Of a DNA stretch of 64,000 bases, positions 1 to 7,493 are shown one piece after another. The notes beneath the pieces are model-generated. The model was not told where the DNA came from. It did no database searches and saw only the letters and a program-made list of their open reading frames with translations. Each line of letters starts with the position of its first letter. Position 1 is the first letter of the stretch. Location of the stretch: positions 6,377 through 70,376 of the forward strand of contig CAJUJO010000001.1 in assembly GCA_910586675.1 (NCBI GenBank), given 5' to 3'. The DNA is from an uncultured Christensenellaceae bacterium. GTDB taxonomy: Bacteria; Bacillota; Clostridia; Christensenellales; Borkfalkiaceae. The translations under genes and the position numbers were made by a program.

Positions 1-2
1 GC

Positions 3-119
3 GTCGCCGTGGAGGTGGATTTCGAGCAATCGCAATCACTCGGCGCCGATTTATTTATCGGAAAGGATAGCGGGGGCTTGATATTTTATTTGAAGAATGG
101 TATAATCAAAGCGCTATGA
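3..119 (+). CDS. 3' end of an upstream gene (partial); identity unknown, possibly ComEC/Rec2 by synteny with holA
   Basis: Frame 3 is open from the window edge (..VAVEVDFEQSQSLGADLFIGKDSGGLIFYLKNGIIKAL*). Its TGA at 117-119 overlaps the holA ATG at 116 (ATGA). The comEC guess is synteny only. Confidence 0.35.
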   Translation, partial: VAVEVDFEQSQSLGADLFIGKDSGGLIFYLKNGIIKAL

Positions 120-1096
120 AATTCGTGCAGCTCGCAAAGAGCCTGAAAGAGAAAATCGAGCCCGTGTATCTCGTCGAAGGGGAAGAGGCGTTTTTTCGCG
201 ACCATGCGGTCAAGGCGGTGCGCGAAGCGTGCGCGCTGTCGCAGCCTTCGCTCAACGACGTGCGCTACGAGGGCGAAGCGTTAAAAGGGGAAAAGCTCTC
301 CGCGTTCCGCGACGCGCTCTATTCCCTCCCTTTTTTCGACGAAAGGCGGATTGCGCGGGTTTACGAATGGTATCCGACGGAACGGGAGTGGGAAACGGTT
401 ATGAAGGGGTATGCGGAAAAGCCCTGTCCTTCCACCGTTCTTCTCGTCGTGAACGCGGGTAAAAAGGGCGCGTACGAGATAAAGCGCAAGGCGGGCGTAA
501 CCTACGTGGACTGCTCGCGCGAGAGCGAGGAAACACTATCAAAATGGCTGTTCGGGGTCATGCGCCGCGCGGGGTTGAACGTTTCCGCCGACGCCGCTCA
601 AACGATGGTGCGCTATTGTAATTCCGACGCGGCGCGCATGAAAAAGGAAACGGAAAAGCTGGCGCTCGTTCTGGGCGAGGGCGGAACGGTTACGCGCGCG
701 GAGATAGAGGAATATATCGCCAAGGATACCGAATATAAAATATATGAGCTGACGCAAGCGGCTTCGCGCGGAAATTTTTCCGCCTTTTCGGAAATTCTCG
801 ACGAGCTTCTCAAAAAGGGTTACGACGAAAATGCGGCGCTCGCATCCCTGACGGCGCATTACAGGACTCTGTATGAGGTTTCCGCCATGCGTGGGTCGGA
901 CGCGGATACGGCAAAGGCGCTCGGCATAAAGCCGTACGCCGTGCAGAAGAACAGGGAACAGGCGGCGCGCCTTGGCAGGGAAAAGGTCGAGGAACTGTAT
1001 CTGCGCTTATACGAGCTTTCGAGCGGGGCGAAGAGCGGCGTTTACACCAAAACCAACGCACTTTCCGCCGCGATTGCAAAAATTTTTTTCGGATAG
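116..1096 (+). CDS. holA: DNA polymerase III delta subunit
   Basis: 326 aa. The N-terminal PVYLVEGEE motif and overall helical clamp-loader delta pattern fit, as does the position before cdaA and after a putative comEC. Confidence 0.85.
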   Translation: MKFVQLAKSLKEKIEPVYLVEGEEAFFRDHAVKAVREACALSQPSLNDVRYEGEALKGEKLSAFRDALYSLPFFDERRIARVYEWYPTEREWETVMKGYAEKPCPSTVLLVVNAGKKGAYEIKRKAGVTYVDCSRESEETLSKWLFGVMRRAGLNVSADAAQTMVRYCNSDAARMKKETEKLALVLGEGGTVTRAEIEEYIAKDTEYKIYELTQAASRGNFSAFSEILDELLKKGYDENAALASLTAHYRTLYEVSAMRGSDADTAKALGIKPYAVQKNREQAARLGREKVEELYLRLYELSSGAKSGVYTKTNALSAAIAKIFFG

Positions 1097-1119
1097 AACA
1101 AAATAAGAAGAAAAAGTTT

Positions 1120-1148
1120 TTGCTTTTTTCACAAAAAACAAGTATAAT
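1120..1148 (+). promoter_or_regulatory. sigma-70-like promoter for cdaA
   Basis: TTGCTT (1120-1125), 17-nt spacer, TATAAT (1143-1148), about 28 nt upstream of the cdaA start. Confidence 0.5.
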
Positions 1149-1175
1149 AAAATACAAAGGATTCTAGGAGCGGTT

Positions 1176-1997
1176 ATGCACACGGGAGCGGAAATTTGGG
1201 AGGCGGTTAAAAACGTCTTTTTACAATTTCACTGGACGTACGTCGTGGAAGGAATTATATTATTCCTTTTGATGTATTACGTCATTAAGGTACTGTACGA
1301 GAACAACGCCAAGCGGCTGATCGCCGTTTATGCTTCTCTCGTCCTTTTGATGGGCGTCGTCGCCGTCTTTTCTGCGAATTTCGACGTTACCTTTTATTGC
1401 GTGTTCCTCATGCTGCTGTCTTTCTTTTTCCTTATGCTGTTCAATATCGAAATCAAGCGCAGCGTGTGGCGGATCGCAAAACCCACTGCTGCCCAGCCGG
1501 ACGCGGCGGCAAAAACGCGCATTTCCGTCCGTGCGGACGAGTGCATTGCGGGAATCGTAAAGGCGGTTCAAAGCCTTTCCAAAAACAATATCGGCGCGCT
1601 CATCGTACTTTCCAACGGTAATCTCCCGCGGGAAATCGTAGAGAGCGGCGTAACGCTCAACTCCGCCATTTCCAACCAACTTATCGAAGGTATCTTTATT
1701 CCAAAAGCGCCCCTTCACGACGGCGCGATGATCATCTTCGGGGATAAAATTCAGGCGGCGGGGTGCTTCCTTCCTCTTACCCAGCGGGAATTTCCCAAGG
1801 ACTACGGAACCCGCCACCGTGCAGGGATCGGCGTTACCGAAGTTGCCGACGTCATGACGGTGATCGTTTCGGAAGAAACGGGAATCGTTTCCGTCGTAAA
1901 GCGGGGCGTGATCACCCGCTACGTCGATTCAGACGGATTGAAGAAATTTTTACGCGAATATTATTGGAAGGAATTTAACGCGGAGGGTAAGAAATGA
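1176..1997 (+). CDS. cdaA: diadenylate cyclase CdaA (c-di-AMP synthase)
   Basis: 273 aa with three N-terminal TM helices and a DisA_N/DAC domain carrying LHDGAMII and GTRHRAGIGVTE motifs. Confidence 0.9.
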   Translation: MHTGAEIWEAVKNVFLQFHWTYVVEGIILFLLMYYVIKVLYENNAKRLIAVYASLVLLMGVVAVFSANFDVTFYCVFLMLLSFFFLMLFNIEIKRSVWRIAKPTAAQPDAAAKTRISVRADECIAGIVKAVQSLSKNNIGALIVLSNGNLPREIVESGVTLNSAISNQLIEGIFIPKAPLHDGAMIIFGDKIQAAGCFLPLTQREFPKDYGTRHRAGIGVTEVADVMTVIVSEETGIVSVVKRGVITRYVDSDGLKKFLREYYWKEFNAEGKK

Positions 1998-2104
1998 AAT
2001 TCAAAGAAGCGTTGAAAAAGGCGTTTACAAGGTACATCCCGCTTAAAATTCTGGCGGTCGTGCTGGCGGTCATAACCGTCATCCTCATCAATTCCATTTT
2101 ATGA
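1994..2104 (+). CDS. 36-aa single-TM micro-protein resembling the N-terminal anchor of CdaR/YbbR
   Basis: Read directly from the sequence: MKFKEALKKAFTRYIPLKILAVVLAVITVILINSIL*. Its ATG overlaps the cdaA TGA (ATGA) and its TGA overlaps the next ATG at 2101 (ATGA). It is below the ORF-track size cutoff. Confidence 0.45.
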   Translation: MKFKEALKKAFTRYIPLKILAVVLAVITVILINSIL

Positions 2105-3267
2105 AAAGTTGTATCAGAATACCGAGAATTCTGCTCCCGCGGAAGGGCTATCGCAAGTGGTCGGTCATCGCATGCGATCAGTTCACTTCCGACAGGGCGT
2201 ATTGGGAACGCGTCGCACGGAATACGGGCGGCGCGCCTTCTTCACTCCGCTTTATTCTTCCCGAGGTCTACCTCGGCGAAGAGGACGAGGAGCGCATTCG
2301 CGACATTCACGCGAGCATGTATACCGCGCTCGAGGATGAGTGGATGTATAAGCTCGACCGCGGCTTTGTCTTAACCGAGCGCACGACGACTTCGGGCACG
2401 CGCAGGGGGATCGTCGCTTGCATTGATTTGGAAGCGTACACCTGCGGGGCGGGGGAGAGTTCTCCTATCCGCTCCTCGGAAGAGGTGGTAAAGGATCGCC
2501 TTCCGCCGCGCGTGGCGCTTCGTCGGGGCGCAGTGTTGGAATTTCCGCACGCTATCGTATTTTACAGGGACAAAAAAGACAGGGCGATGCATTTTCTAGA
2601 AGAGGAGGAGCTTGAACGGCTTTACGACTTCGACCTCATGGAGGGCGGCGGACATCTGACGGGATATTTTATTCCCGAAGATATCGCGGCGGAGATTATC
2701 CCCGATTTGCAGGGAAAGGGGGAGCCGAGCTTTGCGGTTGCCGACGGAAACCATTCCGTTGCGGCGGCAAAGGCTTATTGGGAGGAAATCAAGGCGGATA
2801 TGCCCGAACGGGAGAGCCGCAGCCATCCCGCGCGCTTCATGCTCGTCGAGTTGGTGAACATATACGACAAGGCGGTGATTTTCCATCCCATTCACAGACT
2901 GGTAAAAGAGGTCGATTCCGCAGCATTCTGCGATTGGTTCATGAAGGAGCTTCCTTGCCGGAGAGAGGGGAATCTGCTCTTCCCCGCGCTTCCCGCTTCT
3001 CCCGAAACGGTGGAACGGGTAGACGGAGCAATTGAAGCGTTCATGCGCGCGAATACGGGGAAAGTCGATTACATTCACGGCGACAAAGAAATCGCGGAAT
3101 TTTCGCGCGCGGACAACTGCGCGGGAATCGCGCTCGAAGTCATTGACAAGGACGAATTTTTCGCCTATCTGAAAGGCGGGAAAAATCTTCCCAAAAAGAC
3201 CTTTTCCATCGGAGAAGGCGCCGAGAAACGCTACTACACGGAGGGGCGGGAAATCAGTTATGATTAA
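2101..3267 (+). CDS. DUF1015 family protein
   Basis: 388 aa. KDRLPPR..FPHAIVFYRD and ADGNHSVAAAKAYW match my recollection of the conserved DUF1015 DRL and ADGHHR blocks. Confidence 0.65.
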   Translation: MKSCIRIPRILLPRKGYRKWSVIACDQFTSDRAYWERVARNTGGAPSSLRFILPEVYLGEEDEERIRDIHASMYTALEDEWMYKLDRGFVLTERTTTSGTRRGIVACIDLEAYTCGAGESSPIRSSEEVVKDRLPPRVALRRGAVLEFPHAIVFYRDKKDRAMHFLEEEELERLYDFDLMEGGGHLTGYFIPEDIAAEIIPDLQGKGEPSFAVADGNHSVAAAKAYWEEIKADMPERESRSHPARFMLVELVNIYDKAVIFHPIHRLVKEVDSAAFCDWFMKELPCRREGNLLFPALPASPETVERVDGAIEAFMRANTGKVDYIHGDKEIAEFSRADNCAGIALEVIDKDEFFAYLKGGKNLPKKTFSIGEGAEKRYYTEGREISYD

Positions 3268-4606
3268 AGTTTGCAAGTTCGGCGGCACGTCCATGGCGGA
3301 CGGGATCAATATGAAGCGCGTTGCGGATATTATCGCAGCAGATAAGGCGCGCCGCTTCGTCGTCGTATCCGCGCCCGGAAAGCGGTTCGGCGGCGATACC
3401 AAAATCACCGATCTGCTCTATCGGACGCATACCGACGTTAAGGAGACGGGGCATTGCGGCGAAGCCTTTCAAAAGGTGTGCGAACGGTTTTGCGGCATTG
3501 TTTCCGAATTGGGGCTTTCCCTCGATATGCAAACGATCTTGGATGACGCGCGCAGAGAAATCGAAGAGGAGAAGAGCGAGGACTTTACCGCATCCCGCGG
3601 GGAGTACCTTTCCGCCCGCGTGATGGCAGCGCTCCTCGGGTTCGAGTTCGTGGACGCGCGCGCCGTCGTGAAATTCGGCGAAAACGGAAATCTGGACGGG
3701 GAGCTCACCTTCCGCCTTACCGCGGAAGCGCTCAAAGGCAAGCGCTGCGCCGTCGTTTCCGGCTTTTACGGAGAGGACCGTAAGGGGAAGGTTAAAACCT
3801 TTTCCCGCGGCGGGAGCGACGTTTCGGGCGCTATCGTCGCGCGCGCGGTGGGGGCGGACTGCTACGAGAACTGGACGGACGTAAGCGGTTTTCTCGCCTG
3901 CGATCCGCGCATCGTGGAAAACCCCGAAAATATCCGCATGCTGTCTTACAAAGAGCTGCGCGAACTCTCCTATATGGGCGCGAACGTTTTGCACAGCGAG
4001 TCTATTTTCCCCGTGCGCGAAGCCGATATTCCCATCAGGATCAAGAATACCTTCCGCCCCGAGGACGAGGGAACGGATATCGTACCTACGGCGAAATACC
4101 GCTTCGGCGGGCGCGTCGTTACGGGAATTGCCGGCAAGAAGGATTTTACCGTCATCTTTGTGGAAAAGTCGATGATGAACTCGGAAATCGGGTTTGCACA
4201 TAAGGTGCTCGGCGTGCTGGAACGGCACGGAATTTCCTTCGAGCATATGCCTTCGGGTATCGATACGATGTCTTTTGTCATCGACAGCGCGCTTTTGAAA
4301 AACGGCGTGCTGGAAATCATAACCAAGGAAATCGAGCAGGCGGTTAATCCCGACGTCGTGCGCGTGTTCGACGATATATCCCTCATCGCGGTGGTGGGGC
4401 ACGGAATGAGCAGGAGCGTGGGTACAAGCGCGCGGCTGTTCGATGCCATCGCGCGGGCGGGCGTAAACGTAAGAATGATCGATCAGGGCTCTTCCGAGCT
4501 GAACATCATCGTCGGCGTGGATAACGAAAATTATGAACGCGCCATCCGTGCCGTGTACGAAGAATTTTTTACGAAAAAGACGGCTGACTTCGGGTATCAG
4601 GCGTAA
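3260..4606 (+). CDS. lysC: aspartate kinase
   Basis: 448 aa with an N-terminal KFGGTS motif, an amino-acid kinase fold pattern and C-terminal ACT-like repeats. Overlaps the preceding gene by 8 nt. Confidence 0.9.
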   Translation: MIKVCKFGGTSMADGINMKRVADIIAADKARRFVVVSAPGKRFGGDTKITDLLYRTHTDVKETGHCGEAFQKVCERFCGIVSELGLSLDMQTILDDARREIEEEKSEDFTASRGEYLSARVMAALLGFEFVDARAVVKFGENGNLDGELTFRLTAEALKGKRCAVVSGFYGEDRKGKVKTFSRGGSDVSGAIVARAVGADCYENWTDVSGFLACDPRIVENPENIRMLSYKELRELSYMGANVLHSESIFPVREADIPIRIKNTFRPEDEGTDIVPTAKYRFGGRVVTGIAGKKDFTVIFVEKSMMNSEIGFAHKVLGVLERHGISFEHMPSGIDTMSFVIDSALLKNGVLEIITKEIEQAVNPDVVRVFDDISLIAVVGHGMSRSVGTSARLFDAIARAGVNVRMIDQGSSELNIIVGVDNENYERAIRAVYEEFFTKKTADFGYQA

Positions 4607-4657
4607 AAAATGCAAATCAAAGGGTATCTGTTATAAAGATTTCCGTGGAAAACAAAT

Positions 4658-4698
4658 AGCGCACTGCTTCATTACGAAGTAGTGCGTTATACTTTTTT
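4658..4698 (+). terminator. rho-independent terminator after aspartate kinase
   Basis: 13-bp stem AGCGCACTGCTTC / GAAGTAGTGCGTT (two G:U pairs), ATTAC loop, followed by a T-rich tract ending in TTTTTT. Confidence 0.7.
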
Positions 4699-4793
4699 CA
4701 AATCCAGAAGGTCAAATTGAAATTTAGACTTGCATTTTTTTTCACAATGAGGTAGGCGCTTTTTGACTTTATGAAATACACCGTAACTATTTT

Positions 4794-5555
4794 TTATAGC
4801 AGAACCGACCAATCTCCGTAATCGAATTTGCCCGCGCCGTGCTTTAATTTTCTTTGTATTTTTAATATGCGAAAAGCGTCCCGCATGCGAACGGCGATTT
4901 CCGGTTTTATATCGAGGGAATGGTGTGCGGGAAACAGCCGTTTTGCGGGTAGCGCGGAAACCGCTTCCAGCGAACGGAGATAGGCTTCGGGATCGGTGGA
5001 AGGGTAGTAAGCGAACAAAGTGCCCTTATAAATTAAATCGCCCGTGAAGAGATACCCCCGTTCCGCTTCCCAGAAACACATGTGCCCCGGTGAATGACCG
5101 GGCGTGTGCAATACGGTAATTTTTCTTCCCCCCAGGTCGATTGTTTCGTTGCCGCGTAAAATTTCGGTCGGCCTACCTTGAAAGATTTCGTAATCGTTTA
5201 CGTCGAAGCCTTCGGGCAAATCGCAGCGTTCTTTGACCATTTCCCGAACGGTTTCGGCGGAAAGCGGAAATTTGCCGTTCAGCCACTCGAGCTCCGCTTC
5301 GTGCGCGTAGAATTCGGGGAAATATTTATGCCCGCCGATATGATCCCAGTGGATATGCGTCGCAACCGCCGTAATCGGTTTTTCTGTAAGCGCTTTCACC
5401 GTTTTGAAAATATCGCAAATACCGAGCCCCGTATCGATCAGAAGGCAGCGCTGTTTGCCTTCCAGCAAGTAGCAGTGCGTCTCTTCCCAATGGCGGTATT
5501 CGCTAATAACGTGCGTATTGTCGTCGATTTTTTCGACGGTAAACCAGTCGTTCAT
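4794..5555 (-). CDS. MBL-fold metallo-hydrolase
   Basis: THIHWDHIGGH (HxHxDH) and HTPGHSPGH motifs. I prefer the start at the MNDWFTVEK Met because it makes an ATGA overlap with the upstream NTase stop. The longest ORF runs to 5588. Confidence 0.85.
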   Translation of the reverse strand: MNDWFTVEKIDDNTHVISEYRHWEETHCYLLEGKQRCLLIDTGLGICDIFKTVKALTEKPITAVATHIHWDHIGGHKYFPEFYAHEAELEWLNGKFPLSAETVREMVKERCDLPEGFDVNDYEIFQGRPTEILRGNETIDLGGRKITVLHTPGHSPGHMCFWEAERGYLFTGDLIYKGTLFAYYPSTDPEAYLRSLEAVSALPAKRLFPAHHSLDIKPEIAVRMRDAFRILKIQRKLKHGAGKFDYGDWSVLL

Positions 5556-6214
5556 TGTTTGAATTCCCCCAACGCTTCCTTTGCCCATTCGAGCAGATTG
5601 CTCGTCGCCGCGTCGAGGTCGGAGACGTCGCCTCTTTTTAATGTGCGCGCAGTTTCAAGAATACGTTTTTCGCGCGGCGCTGCCGCCGAGAGGAGCTCCG
5701 CCGTCCTTCTGTAATATATCCCCGTGCGTGCAAACGCAGCGGCTTGTATGGCGAATACGGCGGATTTGTAGGCAGCGCGCACAACTTCCTCGCTCTGTTC
5801 ATGGAGAAAATTATGAACGCAGGCGTGGTAAACATTGCCCGCGCCCGTCCGAACGGCGCGCGCTACGGCGGCGCCGTCTATTTTTCCGAGGATAAAATCG
5901 AGCGTGCCGAATACAGGCACGGTATCGTAATAGAAGTGAAACAGATCGGAAGATTCCCATACGAGCAGTTCTTCCCTTCCCGCAATAAAACCGCAGATAA
6001 GGTCCCTGCAAGGTAATTGATCGAGCGTGTCCCGATAGATATTCAAGTCGCTTTTTTCCAGTTTATCGAGAATCAAAACGACGTCGATGTCGCTTCTCTC
6101 CGTCGCTTCGCCGCGCGCGAAGCTGCCCTGCAATCCCAAAAAGCAAACGCGCCCGCCGAAGGCGCGTTTTACTTGCTCCGTATAAATTTTCAGCCATTCC
6201 GCAATGTCCGTCAT
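5552..6214 (-). CDS. nucleotidyltransferase-domain protein with a helical C-terminal domain (KNTase/ANT-like architecture)
   Basis: 220 aa with the GSFARGEATERSDIDVVLIL minimal NTase motif (GS..D.D) followed by an all-helical C-terminal half. Confidence 0.7.
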   Translation of the reverse strand: MTDIAEWLKIYTEQVKRAFGGRVCFLGLQGSFARGEATERSDIDVVLILDKLEKSDLNIYRDTLDQLPCRDLICGFIAGREELLVWESSDLFHFYYDTVPVFGTLDFILGKIDGAAVARAVRTGAGNVYHACVHNFLHEQSEEVVRAAYKSAVFAIQAAAFARTGIYYRRTAELLSAAAPREKRILETARTLKRGDVSDLDAATSNLLEWAKEALGEFKQ

Positions 6215-6271
6215 ATGATTCCCCGCCTGTAATTTTATAAATAAAAACGGCGGGGATTCCCCGCCGATATT

Positions 6272-6592
6272 TTATTCCGCTTTGAAGGGAAGAAGAGCCG
6301 CGACTCTCGCGCGCTTGATTGCGCTTGCAAGCTCTCTCTGGTGTTTCGCGCAAGTGCCCGTCATTCTGCGGGGCAGGATTTTGCCGCCTTCCGCAACAAA
6401 CTTTTTGAGCTTTGCGACGTCCTTATAGTCGATCTTTTCCGTCTTTTCCTGGCAGAAAAGGCAAACCTTTCTGTAAGATTTTTTGTAGTTCTTCTTCGCA
6501 GGCCTTTCTTTGTTTTCTTTTACTTCTTTATTTTCCGTATTTTCGGTGTTTTCCGTTACCTCTGCGGCAACTTCCTGAACTGTCTCTTCCAT
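6272..6592 (-). CDS. rpsR: 30S ribosomal protein S18 with an acidic N-terminal extension
   Basis: The core [18 protein letters not shown]...[16 protein letters not shown] is diagnostic. AAGGAG RBS 7 nt upstream of the ATG. Confidence 0.95.
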   Translation of the reverse strand: MEETVQEVAAEVTENTENTENKEVKENKERPAKKNYKKSYRKVCLFCQEKTEKIDYKDVAKLKKFVAEGGKILPRRMTGTCAKHQRELASAIKRARVAALLPFKAE

Positions 6593-6616
6593 GATAGTCT
6601 CCTTATTTTCTTATAA

Positions 6617-7042
6617 TCAGAAGGGAATGTCTCCGTCGTCGTCGAACGATTGAAGCGTGGGCTTCTTCTTTGCGGGCGCGGAGGAGGGGGCGGGGGCATC
6701 GTAAAAATCGTCGCCCGAGCCGGAGCTCTTCGCGGTGAGGAATTCGATGTCTTGCGCGATCACGTCCACCGCCGTGCGCTTTACGCCCTGGTTGTCCTCA
6801 TAGTTGCGGATCTGAACGCTGCCCGAAACGGCGACCTTGTGTCCTTTTTTGGTATAGCGCGCAACGGTGTCCGCCAAACCGCGCCAAGCCGTTACGTTAA
6901 AGAAATCGGTCTGCCGTTCGCCGTCTGCGGAAGTATAGTTCCTGTTTACGGCAATTGCGAAATGGCATACGCTTACCCCGCCCGAGGTTTCGGTAAGCTC
7001 GGGGTCGCGCGTTAAATTCCCGATTAAAAATACCTTGTTCAT
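6617..7042 (-). CDS. ssb: single-stranded DNA-binding protein
   Basis: 141 aa with an N-terminal OB fold (MNKVFLIGNLTRDPEL) and the acidic tail DDDGDIPF. Confidence 0.95.
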   Translation of the reverse strand: MNKVFLIGNLTRDPELTETSGGVSVCHFAIAVNRNYTSADGERQTDFFNVTAWRGLADTVARYTKKGHKVAVSGSVQIRNYEDNQGVKRTAVDVIAQDIEFLTAKSSGSGDDFYDAPAPSSAPAKKKPTLQSFDDDGDIPF

Positions 7043-7054
7043 GTGTTCCTCTCT

Positions 7055-7339
7055 TTACGCAACTTTTGTGATCATGCGTCTCAATACGTCGCCCGAAAGC
7101 CCCGCAACGCGGTCGAGTTCGGCAACGACAGCTCCGTCTGCAACGAAGGTCATGAGCGCGAAGAAAGCGTCCGCCTTGTAACGAATGGGGTAAGCCGTCT
7201 TTTTAACGCCCCACTTGTCGGTCGCTTCTACGTTTCCGCCCATGGAAGTTACGATGTCCGCGTATTTTTTGAGTTCCGCTTCTCTCGCTTCTTCCGTCAT
7301 CTCGCTGTTCAAAAGAATGAGCATTTCGTACTTTTGCAT
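7055..7339 (-). CDS. rpsF: 30S ribosomal protein S6
   Basis: MQKYEMLILL.. start preceded by GGGAGGTG. The ORF-track start at 7384 is a 15-codon upstream extension without an RBS. Confidence 0.93.
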   Translation of the reverse strand: MQKYEMLILLNSEMTEEAREAELKKYADIVTSMGGNVEATDKWGVKKTAYPIRYKADAFFALMTFVADGAVVAELDRVAGLSGDVLRRMITKVA

Positions 7340-7417
7340 TTTTTTCACCTCCCGGTCTATTCGGCATACCATATCGGCATGCAAGGTTGTAAGCGGATTT
7401 TTTCCGCTTATTTTACT

Positions 7418-7446
7418 ATTTTACAATAATTTCCCTATTAAGTCAA
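7418..7446 (-). promoter_or_regulatory. sigma-70-like promoter for rpsF-ssb-rpsR
   Basis: On the minus strand: TTGACT (7446-7441), 17 nt, TAAAAT (7423-7418). This leaves a leader of about 75 nt containing the hairpin AAGCGGA-AAAAA-TCCGCTT. Confidence 0.55.
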
Positions 7447-7493
7447 CGCCTTTTTCCGTCCATTTCAAAAATATTTACCTTTTACCGTTAAAT

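Noticed and set aside
3254-4615. 453-aa ORF on the minus strand, fully antisense to aspartate kinase.
   Set aside because: The plus-strand frame has unambiguous aspartokinase motifs. The antisense product is Arg/His/Ala-rich with no motifs, which is the typical shadow ORF of GC-rich coding DNA.
4639-4650. 12-mer ATTTCCGTGGAA shared with the rseP-thiT spacer (~45044-45055).
   Set aside because: On the order of a hundred chance 12-mer matches are expected in a 64-kb window. The flanks do not extend the similarity.
6470-6592. Acidic TENTENTEN-type N-terminal extension of S18 as a possible repeat or annotation artefact.
   Set aside because: A strong AAGGAG RBS precedes the upstream ATG, so the extension is probably genuine. 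It is a short low-complexity tail with no further implication I can support.
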